Part shown: piece by piece, positions 21,084 through 32,231 of the stretch
Position numbering within the stretch: the stretch's first letter is position 1
Layout of the letters: the number at the start of each line of letters is the position of its first letter
Assembly: GCA_965219415.1 (NCBI GenBank)
Contig: CBDCNP010000002.1
Span: forward strand, 5,376,001-5,440,000
Origin: Candidatus Marinacidobacterales bacterium
GTDB taxonomy: Bacteria > Acidobacteriota > Vicinamibacteria > Marinacidobacterales > DATDRI01
Length of the DNA: 64,000 nt
Direction: 5' to 3'
Notes under the pieces: model-generated
What the model was told of the DNA's origin: nothing
The model's input: only the letters and a program-made list of their open reading frames with translations
Databases searched by the model: none
Position numbers and translations under genes: made by a program

Positions 21084-22775
21084 GTGATCCACCTAGCGCT
21101 ACTGATAGCGGCTTGCGCCGGCCCTACTGGTATTGTCCAGGAAAGTTCGTCGCCGAACGCGCCGTACGACGTCGTGATCGCGAACGCCCGCATCGTCGAC
21201 GGCACGGGCAACCCCTGGTACCGGGGCGACATCGGCATCCGGGGCAAACGGGTCGCCACTATCGGGGACCTATCTTCGGCCCCGGCGAGACGCCACATCG
21301 ACGCGAAGAACCGGGTCGCCTCACCCGGCTTCATCGACATGCACAGCCACGCCTCGTGGAAGCTTCTCGTCGATCCACGTGCGGCGAGCAAGATCACGCA
21401 GGGAGTCACACTCGAGATCGAGGGCGAGGGCTCTTCGGTGGCACCGCTGACACCCACCCTCATTGAGGAGCAACGCCGCGCCTACGAGCGTTTCGGTATC
21501 ACACCCGATTGGCGGACGCTCGGCGATTACTTCGAGAGACTCGAGCGGACCCCCGCCAACATCAACTTCGCAACGTATCTCGGCACGTCGACGGTGCGCG
21601 AGATCGTGATCGGCCATGAGGATCGTCCCGCAACACCCGACGAGCTCGATCGCATGCGCCAGATGGTGCGGGAGGCGATGGAGGACGGGGCCCTCGGCAT
21701 CTACTCCGCGCTGATGTACTCCCCGGACCGCTTCAACCGCACCGAAGAACTGATCGAGATGGCGAAGGTTGCCGCGGAGTACGGCGGTGTTTACCAGACT
21801 CACCCGCGCAGCGAAAGTGACGCCTTTCGCGAATCGCTCGCCGAGATCTTTCGGATCGCCCGCGAGGCCGAGATCCCTGGGCACGTCACGCACTTCAAGG
21901 TGACCTACACCCAAAACTGGGGCGACATGCCGGAGGCTATACGCTTGATCGAGGAGGCGCGCCAGGAAGGCTTGAGCATCACCGCGGACCAGTACCCGTA
22001 CGTCCGCGCCGGCGGCAGCTTCACCGCCCTCCTCCCGCCGTGGGTCCAGGACGGCGGCCGACCCAAGATCGTGGAGCGGCTCAGCGATCCCGGGACTCGA
22101 GAACGCATCAAGCGAGAGCTTTCTGCACCGACTTCCGATTGGGAGAACGAGTACTACGGGGCGGGCGACGGTCCCGCAGGGTTCTCCATCACCGACGCGC
22201 GAGGAAGGCCGAAGCTCAAACCTTACGAGGGCCGAACGCTGGCGGACATCGCCGCCGCCGATGGTAAGGATCCACGCGACGTGGTCCTCGACATCGTCCT
22301 GGCCGGCGATACCGGAATGACGGTTCTCATTACGGACGAAACCGACCTGCGCCTTGCCATGAAGCAGCCGTGGGTCGCTTTCGGGAGCGACGGCGCCACC
22401 GTCGCCTCGGACGGGCCGCTCTCCGAAGGAGGCGTGCACCCGCGCGGGTACGGCAGCTATACGAAGATCCTGGGCGAGTACGTCCGCGAGCTCGGCGTGC
22501 TAACCCTCGAGGACGCGATTCGCAAGGCCACTTCGCTGCCGGCCCAGATCCTAGGAATCAAAGATCGCGGTCTGCTCCGGGAGGGCTTCTACGCCGACAT
22601 CGTGCTGTTCGACCCGGCGACGATCATCGACAAGGCCACATACGACAAACCGCATCAGTTCTCGGAGGGGATCGCCTACGTCTTCGTGAACGGCGAAGCG
22701 GTCCTCGACGCAGGCAAGATCACCGACGCCCGTTCCGGGATGGTCGTCCGGGGCCCGGGTTACCGCGAGCCTTAG
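21084..22775 (+). CDS. N-acyl-D-amino-acid deacylase (D-aminoacylase)
   Basis: PGFIDMHSH, ITADQYPY, HPRGYG and GFYADIVLFDP. Confidence 0.92.
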   Translation: MIHLALLIAACAGPTGIVQESSSPNAPYDVVIANARIVDGTGNPWYRGDIGIRGKRVATIGDLSSAPARRHIDAKNRVASPGFIDMHSHASWKLLVDPRAASKITQGVTLEIEGEGSSVAPLTPTLIEEQRRAYERFGITPDWRTLGDYFERLERTPANINFATYLGTSTVREIVIGHEDRPATPDELDRMRQMVREAMEDGALGIYSALMYSPDRFNRTEELIEMAKVAAEYGGVYQTHPRSESDAFRESLAEIFRIAREAEIPGHVTHFKVTYTQNWGDMPEAIRLIEEARQEGLSITADQYPYVRAGGSFTALLPPWVQDGGRPKIVERLSDPGTRERIKRELSAPTSDWENEYYGAGDGPAGFSITDARGRPKLKPYEGRTLADIAAADGKDPRDVVLDIVLAGDTGMTVLITDETDLRLAMKQPWVAFGSDGATVASDGPLSEGGVHPRGYGSYTKILGEYVRELGVLTLEDAIRKATSLPAQILGIKDRGLLREGFYADIVLFDPATIIDKATYDKPHQFSEGIAYVFVNGEAVLDAGKITDARSGMVVRGPGYREP

Positions 22776-22806
22776 CGTCAATCTGTTAGACCTACCAAAG
22801 CCAGCC

Positions 22807-23964
22807 TTGAAAAATTACACAGGAATGATTGTGATCCCATTATCGATGATTACTTTATTTTCCTGTAGCGCCAGTGTGCAGAATGCAAGTCAAACGGAAG
22901 AACAACTTGACACACTACGCGCACATATCAAAAAGACGATGGAAGAAACTAAAGTCCCGGGGCTTGGGGTGGGGATCATAAAGGACGGTAAAGTGATTCT
23001 CGCCGAAGGTTTTGGGACCAGAGATACCAATACAGGTCTTCCGCTTGATTCCCAGTCTATTTTTCTTATCGGATCAACCACCAAACCCTTTACCACGACG
23101 GCGCTCGCTATGCTTGTTGATGACGGGCTTGTCGAGTGGGACGCTCCCGTCCGTACTTATGTGCCGACATTTGCCGTTCATAATGATGACTATGTTTCAA
23201 CGCATATCACCGTGAAAGACCTGGTCACTCACCGGACCGGCGTTCCGGAGAGTGCGGTAAGCTGGATGGGGAGTACCCTGACGCGGAAAGAGATGGTTGC
23301 CAGCATACAAAACGCTGATCTCAACGTGGGGTTCCGAGAGCAATTTCAATATAACAATACAATGTTCATGGCTGGCGGCTATGTTGCCGGTCAGGTTACA
23401 AACAGTACCTATGAAGAAGTCATCCACAACAGAATATTGGAACCGTTGGGTATGGCGAGGACGGAGTTTACAGATTTGTCAGAGGAAGACCCCCCTTTTC
23501 GGGACAATGTCGCGTTCCCTCATGCCATTGGAGACGGCTCTGTTAAGAGAATTGAATTTGAATTCGAGGGCACGGCTATAAGACCGGCAGGAACGCTCGC
23601 TTCCAATATCGACGATATGCTCATATGGGTCATTCTTAATCTCAATCAGGGGAAACATGCTGGAAAAGAACTTCTCTCAGAATCAGGTTTCAAGCAATTA
23701 ATCACGCCGCATATGCATATGAGCCGACCGCGTAGAGTTGATGCGTTTCAAAATTATGGTTTGGGATGGTTTCTTGAAACATATCACGGTCAAAAAGTGG
23801 TTTATCACAGTGGGAGCGCCACAGGCACAAACACTCAGGTGCTTTTCTTGCCTGATGACAATATAGGTATGGTTCTTTTCACCAATGCCTCCTCTGAACT
23901 TCCGAACTCTCTGGCGTATTACATAGTTGATCTTCTCACTGGCGATACGCGTAGTGCTTCTTGA
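22807..23964 (+). CDS. Serine hydrolase (beta-lactamase family), lower GC than neighbours
   Basis: GSTTK, LVTHRTG, YNN and HSG; possible lipobox LFSC. Confidence 0.85.
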   Translation: MKNYTGMIVIPLSMITLFSCSASVQNASQTEEQLDTLRAHIKKTMEETKVPGLGVGIIKDGKVILAEGFGTRDTNTGLPLDSQSIFLIGSTTKPFTTTALAMLVDDGLVEWDAPVRTYVPTFAVHNDDYVSTHITVKDLVTHRTGVPESAVSWMGSTLTRKEMVASIQNADLNVGFREQFQYNNTMFMAGGYVAGQVTNSTYEEVIHNRILEPLGMARTEFTDLSEEDPPFRDNVAFPHAIGDGSVKRIEFEFEGTAIRPAGTLASNIDDMLIWVILNLNQGKHAGKELLSESGFKQLITPHMHMSRPRRVDAFQNYGLGWFLETYHGQKVVYHSGSATGTNTQVLFLPDDNIGMVLFTNASSELPNSLAYYIVDLLTGDTRSAS

Positions 23965-23967
23965 GAA

Positions 23968-26640
23968 TCAAGCCTCGGAACCTCCTCTCCGACCTTGGTG
24001 TTTCCAGAAGTAGTACGCGGGAATGCCGAGGGCCAGGACGCCGAGTCCGGAGAACGACTCCAGGGGCCGTTCGATGAGGCCGGTGATCGCGATGGCGACC
24101 ACGGACGTCAGGAAGAACGCCGGAACGGCCGGGTATCCCCACACCTTATAGGGGCGCGGGAGGTCGGGACGCGTGCACCTGAGGGTGAACACACTGGCCG
24201 CGGCAGCCACGTAGAGCAGAATCGCCGCGAATGTAGCATAGGTGAAGATGGCCCTGCCCGGGTTTTGTGGACACCAACCGAGGCGCGACAATGCGCCTGG
24301 AGGCGTCCATGGGAAAACGACGACGCAGGAAGTTCACGGGGGAGTTCAAGAAGGAAGCGGTCCGGTTGTTCAGGGAAGGCGAGCGCAGCATCGGCCAGGT
24401 CGCTAAGGAACTGGACCTGACGGAATCATCCCTTCGAAACTGGGTGAAACAATACAAAGTTGATCACGGTGAAGGTCCACGCGAGGCTCTGACGACGGCG
24501 GAACGTGATGAGCTGGGTTCGCTACGACGTCGAGTGCGCACGTTGGAGCAAGAGCGAGAAATATTAAAAAAGGCGGCGGCCTTCTTCGCGAAAGAAAGCG
24601 AATGAGATTCAATTTCATTCACGCGGAGCGGGCCAACTACCCGGTGCGGGTGATGTGCCGAGTCCTGAGGGTATCGACCAGCGGCTACTACGCTCAGATG
24701 AAGCGCGCGCCCAGCAAGCGACAGTGTGAGGATGGGAAGCTGAAGCTGCGCATCCAAGCGATCCACGCCCATAGCCGTGGTACCTACGGCAGGGAGCGTG
24801 TACGTCGCCAGCTTGACGGGGAGAACGTCGAGGTGGGCAAGCAGCGAGTGGCACGGCTGATGCGTGAGATGGGTCTGCAGGGCCTGCCCAGCAAGCGTTT
24901 TCGCCGCACGACCGACAGCAAGCACGATCGTCCTGTCGCACCCAACGTGCTCGGTCGGAACTTCGAAGCCGAACGACCGAACCAGTTCTGGGTGACGGAC
25001 ATAACCTTCATCCGGACTTGGGAAGGCTGGCTCTACTTGGCGGTCATCCTCGATCTGTTCTCGCGTCGTGTCGTCGGCTGGGCGATGCAGCCCCACCTGC
25101 GCGCGGAGCTTGCTCTCGAGGCGCTTCACATAGCCTTGGGGCGCCGCCTGCCGGAAAGTGGCTTGGTGCATCATTCAGACCGTGGTACTCAATACGCGGC
25201 TGCGACCTACCAGGCCGTGCTCGATGAGTACGGCATCGTGTGCTCGATGAGCCGCAAGGGTGATTGCTGGGACAACGCCGTGACCGAGAGCTTCTTCGGC
25301 ACACTCAAGACCGAACTCCTCCACCGACGTAGTTGGCCAACACGACGTATGGCCAAAGACGCGGTCGTGAGCTACATCGAGGGGTTCTACAATCCATATC
25401 GACTCCACTCGTCACTCGATTACAACAGCCCAATGGTGTTCGAACGGATTCATGATCTCAAAACTGCTCATGCGAGATAATCAACCCGTCCACTTTTCCT
25501 GGGCAAGGTCAAGAGCTGCTCGAAGGTCCCCGAGAGCGCCAGGGCACACGCCCAGAAACACTGAAGCCAGAGGGAGACATGAGGCGTGCGGTAGCGGGGA
25601 TGTACGCGGGCGACCGACCGAAAGAAGAGCCGGTCTTCCGCCATGGCATAGTAGACCCGTGCGCCCGCCAGGATCGACCCGTTCGTGGACCCGAACGTGG
25701 AGATCACGATCGCAGCGACAATGAAGGCGGCCGCCCCGGGGCCCAGGAGTGCCGAGGCCGCCTTCTCCGCCACGGAGAGCACCCCTTGCATCTCGGCAAC
25801 GGGTAACGCCCGGACGTACACCACATTCACGAGGAGGTATGTGGCGGTTATCACCGCAGTCCCGAGGATGAGCGCCCGTGGCAGAGTCCGGGCGGGTTCT
25901 TTGATTTCGCCGGCAGAGAAGTTGAGATTGGTGAAGCCATCGTACGACCAAAGGACCGCGATCAGGGCCACACCGAAGCCACTTAGGAGCGAGAGACTCT
26001 CTCCTCCTTCCATCACGGTTGGGAGCTCGTGCGCCGGACCGCGACCGGCCCAGAGACCCAGGACGACGAAGACCGCGATCGCCGCGACCTTGAGGACCGT
26101 CGAGACGTTCTGGATCAGCGCTCCGATGCGGAGGCCGAGCACGTTCATCCCGGTGAGGAAGATGATGATGGCGACCGCGACGAGCTGTCCGGCGGAGACG
26201 GAGAGGCTTTTTCCCCCCCCACGGCGGAGACGAGCACGTTGTCGATGGCGAGACCGGGCAAGAAATAGCCCAAGTACACGGCAAAGCCCGTGGCCACGGC
26301 GGGCGACGGCGCCCGGCTGGTACACCAGGAAGATGATCCAGCCGAACAGAAATGCCGACAGAGGCCCGTAGGCCTCCCGCAGGTAGACGTACTGCCCCCC
26401 CGCCTCCGGCATCGCCGCTCCGAGCTCCGCGTAGGTCAGTGCTCCCGCTATAGTCAGCAGACCCCCCACCGCCCAGGCGACGAGCAACCAGCCCGGATAT
26501 GGCAAAGACTCGGCCATGACGCCGGTGGTGAGGAAGATCCCCGAGCCGATGGTGATTCCGATGACCAGGAAGGTGGAGTCGAGTAGGCCGAGTCCGCGTA
26601 CCAGCTTGGCGCTGCCGTCGTCGGTCGTCTTTCGATTCAT
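23968..26640 (-). pseudogene. APC-family amino acid permease interrupted by IS3
   Basis: GITIGSGIF, GGQYVYLREAYG, WSYDG and RPYKVWGYP; removing the IS plus one AGA restores EQLFTYAT. Confidence 0.9.
24249..25511 (+). mobile_element. IS3-family element (orfA 24309-24605, orfB 24602-25480) with 3-bp TSD AGA
   Basis: TG...CA imperfect IRs; HTH OrfA; OrfB WVTDIT/HHSDRG/DNAVTESFF; AGA on both flanks. Confidence 0.95.
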
Positions 26641-26694
26641 TCGGACTATAGGCCCTGCAGGCCCAGGCGTTCTTCGTCGCTATGACGCAGGCCC

Positions 26695-27840
26695 TCAATT
26701 CAAGATTCTGTCGATCTCCTCTAAAGCCTTCTGAATATCCTCGGCTTCATTATAGAGATGGGGAGAAAACCTTATGAAGTCCTTTCTGGCCGAGACCATC
26801 ACTTTTGCTTCATTGAGACGTCTGGCAATCTCAGATGAATTTTTTCCTGGGAAACGAGCGGCAACTATGGATGACCGTTCTTCGTCACTCTGGGGTGAGA
26901 TAATCTCTGCGTTTCGTTCCTCCAAACCCTGAATAAGCTGAGAAGATAGAAGCTTGTTGTGCGCGAAGATTCTCTCCACCCCTACCTTTACAAGGTATTC
27001 AATGGAGCGTGCCAGGCCAATAGGACAGCCGTAGGCCATTGTGCTGAACTCGAACCGCTTGGCCGTATCTGGGTATTCTAGCCGGTCTGCCTGAAAATCC
27101 CACATGTCTTTATGGCTCCGCCAGCCGACCAAACCAGGCTCCAATTTGTTCTGCAGATTGGGCGCTAGATACATAGCTGCGACTCCGAATGGCCCGCAAA
27201 GCCACTTGTAAGCTGAGCTGACTAACGCGTCAACCTTCGACGAGGTGGCATCTATTGGAACCGCACCCGCAGATTGGGTGGCGTCTATGACGAGCAAGGC
27301 ACCATGAGCGTGAGCCTTATCAGCCATGAGTGACAGATCATAGAGCTGGCCGCCTCCATACTCAACATGAGATAGGCAGACTATCGATGTTTTATTGTCC
27401 ATCAGCTGGATTATTTTTTCAGGATCCACATATCCATTTCCGCCTCTAGCCCACCTGACCTCAGAGTTCATCTGTCTAGATACGCGAATCCAAGGATAGA
27501 TCGTACTCGGGTGCGTAATATCGGTGCTGACAATGTTGGTACCTCGCTTAGGTGCGAATGCCCATGCTAGAGAGCTCATGAGTTCACTGGCACTGGAGGC
27601 CACGGCAATGTCCTCTTTCTTGCAAGCGAACAAACCTGCAGCAGCTTTGTGGAGATCATCAAATAGTCTTTCTTCGGCCACCTCATCGAAGTTCATGGTG
27701 CCGTTCTCGGCAATGTCCTTTTGCCATTCGATGACAGCGCTCGACGCCTCCTTGTACATCATGGCAACAGAAGCCGCGTTCAAATAGGCGAACTTCTGTG
27801 CCGCAGGAAAGTCATTCGGATCCACAAAAGTCTTCATCAC
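26695..27840 (-). CDS. Aminotransferase class V / cysteine desulfurase-like PLP enzyme
   Basis: YLNAAS, DATQSAG, SAYKWLCGPFG and IRFSPHLYN. Confidence 0.88.
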   Translation of the reverse strand: MMKTFVDPNDFPAAQKFAYLNAASVAMMYKEASSAVIEWQKDIAENGTMNFDEVAEERLFDDLHKAAAGLFACKKEDIAVASSASELMSSLAWAFAPKRGTNIVSTDITHPSTIYPWIRVSRQMNSEVRWARGGNGYVDPEKIIQLMDNKTSIVCLSHVEYGGGQLYDLSLMADKAHAHGALLVIDATQSAGAVPIDATSSKVDALVSSAYKWLCGPFGVAAMYLAPNLQNKLEPGLVGWRSHKDMWDFQADRLEYPDTAKRFEFSTMAYGCPIGLARSIEYLVKVGVERIFAHNKLLSSQLIQGLEERNAEIISPQSDEERSSIVAARFPGKNSSEIARRLNEAKVMVSARKDFIRFSPHLYNEAEDIQKALEEIDRILN

Positions 27841-27917
27841 ACCTCTCCAATATCTAGGGGCTTATGCAAACACCGTGAGTATGTGAGCCGATAATGTCGG
27901 TACTCAATTGTTTTCTG

Positions 27918-29202
27918 TTAAGAGTAGGACTTTCCCGTTGAGGATTTGGTTATATTCGCCCTGCTTATCTCTCCGCTGACAATCACGTATTCGAACCCTG
28001 TGCTGTACTGGTGAGGGTTGAGAAATGTGGCTTTATCCTCGACTTTTTCGGCGTCGAAGATAACAACGTCGGCCTTGTATCCTTCCAATAACAATCCTCG
28101 ATCCTTCAGCCTGAGGAACGAGGCAGGAAGGGATGACATCTTCCTGACTGCATCTTCTAGGCTTATTACCTTTTCTTCCCGGACGTATTTTCTGAGAACT
28201 CTAGGAAAGTTGCCGTAGTTGCGAGGGTGAACGGGTCTTCTTGCATCGAGAGGCAGACCGAATCCATCACTGGCAAACATCAGCCACTTCTCCTTCATAA
28301 CATACTTCATGTCATCCTCCGACATCCAGTCCCCGCTGACATACAGGTCTTCTTTTTCCTCTATATATAGATCTGCGGCCACATCGAACGGGTCTACCGG
28401 AGGGGAGATCGACCAGAACAGACTGTTGAGGACTTGCTCTCTCTTCCTGTCCTCTGCAGCCTCAGCTAGAGTCTTGCCGAGCAGATGAGTGTTTTTCTCG
28501 GATCTTGTGATGCACAGAGAATCCCAGTAGAACATCATCACATAATTCGAACAGTCGGGACAACCTTCGGCGGTTAGTTTCCTGATTCTCTCCCGCTTTG
28601 TTGGATCAGAAAGGGCTTCTACCAGTTCATCGCTATACTGTTTCCTAGACTTCTCCCGGTCTTTATCTGGTAGGTCTCTATCCCTCACTTTTCCTTTCAA
28701 TTTTGCCAAAGGCTCCATGTCTGCGGGGATGTTAAAGACGGTTGAAAGCGACCCTCCTCCTGCCTCCGCGTAGGAATACATGTCTGCGGTGATGCTCAAT
28801 CCGTTAGCCCGAGCCTCGTTAATCCCTCTCACAGCCTCTTTCATCAGTCCCCAAGCACTGCTTTTGCCGCCTGCCTTAATATGCGTCACATTGCCGGGTA
28901 AGCCGGTTTCTTTGCTGATCCTTATGGTTTCTTGGGTGGCTTCAACCATGTATTTTCCTTCATGGCGTTGATGGCTGTTGTAAACTCCTCCAAATTCAGC
29001 GACAACTTTGCCGAGGGCAACGACTTCCTCTGTGTCGGCATAGCGGCCAGGAATGTACTGTAGCCCGGTACTCATGCCCCAAGCTCCTTCCTCCATTGCC
29101 TGGCGAACAATCGATTTCATCTTCTCTAGCTCTTCTTCCGTAACGGCTCGGGGTTCCCCGCCAGGGACATGCCTTCTGACAGTGCCGTGCGGGACCAGAA
29201 GG
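27918..29202 (-). pseudogene. Second D-aminoacylase, 5' part removed by IS256; probable 3' frameshift
   Basis: GMSTGLQYIPG, ITADMYSY, HPRNYG; frame continues upstream (LVPHGTVR) up to the IS256 end. Confidence 0.85.
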
Positions 29203-30575
29203 GAGCTACCCTCAGAAGGTGTGGAAATAAAGTAAAGGCGGAGTAACCTTCCGCGTCACGAAACACGGCGTGAAGGGGCCAACGGAAGGAGACACCGCCA
29301 TGAAGGAAAAGACCACAAGACGACGGAGCTCGTCAAGGGTGGCTTGGGAGTCGCTGGAGAAGTGGGCGAGGCTCGAGATCCAGGATTGGGTGCAGGAGCT
29401 GATGGTAGCCGAAGTCACGGAGCTTCTCGGGCGTGAGAAATCGGAGAGACGGAAGCCCGTGGACACAACGGCGGGCTATCGAAATGGATACGGTAAGCCT
29501 CGGAAGCTGACGATGAGCGTGGGCACGGTGACGGTTCGCCGGCCGAGAGTAGGGGACGTGGAGGAGAGGTTCGAAAGTCGAGTGCTTCCGCTGTTCAAGC
29601 GTCGGAGCGAAACGGTGAGCGAGTTGATTCCGGAGCTGTACCTGCATGGACTAGCTCACGGAGATTTCGATTTGGCGCTCCGCGGGCTTCTAGGGGAGGA
29701 CGCTCCACTTTCTCCCAGCACGGTGTCGCGGCTGAAACAGAAATGGCAGGGAGAGTACGAGCAGTGGCTAGCTCGCCCACTGGACGAACTCGAGCTCGTG
29801 TCCCTGTGGGTAGATGGCGTGTACGTGAAGGCCGGCCTTGAGAAGGACAAGGCGGCGGTGCTAGTTGCGGTTGGTGGCCTGTCCGACGGGACGAAAATCG
29901 TCCTGACGCTGGAGGCCGGGCATCGAGAATCCGAAGCGTCATGGTCGTCGCTGCTACGGAGACTGAAGAAGCGCGGTCTGAGATGTCCCCGTTTGGTGAT
30001 CGGTGACGGTCATCTCGGCATCTGGGCCGCGACCCGAAACGTATTTCCAGAAGCTGAGGAGCAGCGGTGCTGGAACCACCGAATCCTCAACGTACTGGAC
30101 CGGATTCCGAAAAGGGACCAGGCGCAGGCCAAGCCGCTGTTGACGGCGACCCCCTACCCCACCAGCCTGCAGGAGTGCGAGACGAAGAAGGCCCAAGTTC
30201 CAGGATTGGTGCTTGCGCAAGGGTCTTCCGGGGGCCGCGCACGTGCTCGACGAGGACTGGGAGCGGATGGTCAGCTTCTATTCCTTTCCCAAGCCTCACT
30301 GGCAACACCTTCGCACGAGCAACGTCGTGGAGTCACCGTTCGCTGCACTGAGATTGAGAACGGATGCGGCCAAAAGGTTCAAGAAAGTCGAGTCCGCCAC
30401 TGCGACAATCTTCAAACTGCTTCTGGTTGCGGAGAAGAATTTTCGCCGGCTCAACGCACCGGAGCTGATGCGAGAGGTTCACCTGGGCGTTCGATTTGAA
30501 GATGGAGACAGGGTAACGGAGTCGTCGAAGGTTGCTGCTGCCTGAACTTTTTTACACACCTATTGACAAGAGCTC
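29203..30575 (+). mobile_element. IS256-family element, copy 1 (transposase with a +1 C frameshift at ~30192)
   Basis: Ends GAGCTACCCTC.../...GACAAGAGCTC; YRNGY, LWVDG, IGDG and QRCWNH; near-identical to 48323-51070; no TSD. Confidence 0.93.
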
Positions 30576-30688
30576 GTCACCATGCAGATGACCTCCTAGT
30601 CGAGAGCGAATATCGAAGCGTGTTCCTGAAGCTGTTTCCACGCTACGCCTGTCGAGCCCGCCGAGTGGCTACCGTCGCCGGCGACCAT

Positions 30689-31887
30689 CTACGCGGCACG
30701 GCAGTAGTAGTTGAGAATGCCCCCAAGTCGCTCTCGCGACACGATGGGGCCAGCGTCATTCGCGCTTGCCGGCAGAGGTGTGATGAGCTCGTTGCCGAGA
30801 CCTTGGTGGTTCCGTTCTGTGTGATAGTGCACTACGTATTCGGTTACCGCTGTGCGCAGGTGTCGCTCACTGAGAGGTACGAAGCGGTCGAGACACTCTC
30901 GACGTATGGAGAGAACGAATCTTTCCGCATATGCGTTCAGATTCGGACTATTAGCGGGAAGGCGAAGGGGCTTCACGCCTGAATCTCTCAACAGCCCACG
31001 TACCGCCTCGGTGAATAGCGGGTCCCGGTCGTGGATGAGGTATCGCTTGCCAAGGAGGAAACCATCCCACAGGTCAGTGAGGTTTCTTGCCACCTGCTTC
31101 ATCCACTCCCCGTTGGGGTCCGACGTTATCCCACCGATGCACACGCAGCGAGTGGCGATATCGATGACAAACAGGACATGGTAGCGGACGAGCCCGAACG
31201 GGTTCACCACCTCGACGGGGAACAGGTCTGTCGCAGCGATGGCACCCCAATGAGCCTTGATGAAGGTGCTCCACGACATGCTCCTGCCCCGCTCCGGCGC
31301 AGGAGCGATACCGTGCTCGGCGAGGAGCCTCTTGATGGTGTTGCGTCCGAGTTCATGTCCGAGGTTCTTGAGTGCGCCTCGCAGGCGCGTATATCCCCAC
31401 GTCGGGTTCTCCCGCGCCACGCGCACAATGAGCTCACGGATGTCCTTCGCCGTCGGAGGTCGGCCTGGGCTCCGGTTCTTGCTGCCATCGTACTTGGCTG
31501 CGATGAGGTGGCGGTACCAGCGCACAAGCGTAGCGGGTGTGGCAACGGACGCAATCTGGGCCAGCGCCTCGCGGCCCAAAGCCTGGGCCTTGACCGCGAG
31601 CCTGCGCCGGTCGTCGTCCGAGAGACTGAGACGCTTGCCCCGAAGCCCGGCTCGGAGCACACGGTTCTCCTCTTGCAGGTAGTCGATCACATCCTGCTGC
31701 TGGCGGTTGACCCAGCCAGCTAGAACGAGCAGTAGGAATTGCACGTGGTACGTCATCATGGAGCTGAAGATAACACCCTCGGGCCAGACGATTGTAAAGC
31801 CTACGGCCCTTGGCCCCGGCGCAAACACAGACACTAAGCTGCTGATTTATGGCCTATTTCAAAAGGGCCGAGTTTTGGCACAGGACG
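30689..31887 (-). mobile_element. rve/integrase-core transposase element, family A (CDS ~31759-30689)
   Basis: [28 protein letters not shown] and [13 protein letters not shown]; left end CGTCCTGTGCCAAAACT at 31887. Confidence 0.9.
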
Positions 31888-32231
31888 AGTTCGGGCATCC
31901 GCGTCCGACTGCATAGAGTCCGCGTCCGCCCCGCCTATTGCGGAGCACCCGTGGCCGAATCACGGCGGAGGACAACGATGGAGCCTGACCAGAAGTCTGC
32001 TGCGCCGGACGGTTCCCCCGCTGCTGCTCAGGGTGCCGACTACAGTAATGATGAAGGACACGCAACCGATGCACCGATGGGTGCTTCCGCAGTCAAGTGT
32101 TGGCGGCCGCCGCGTAACCTGTTCGCGTGCTAGACTTTTAGCCTGATTTCGAGAGGCGCAGTTCTTTCGTCGATGCCGGCTGGGCCGAGTTTTGGCACAG
32201 GGCGGGGTCCAGGAGCTGATGGTAGCGGAAG

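Noticed and set aside
22785-22792. GTTAGAC core site before the low-GC hydrolase, suggesting an integron cassette
   Set aside because: No matching inverse core or attC hairpin after the gene
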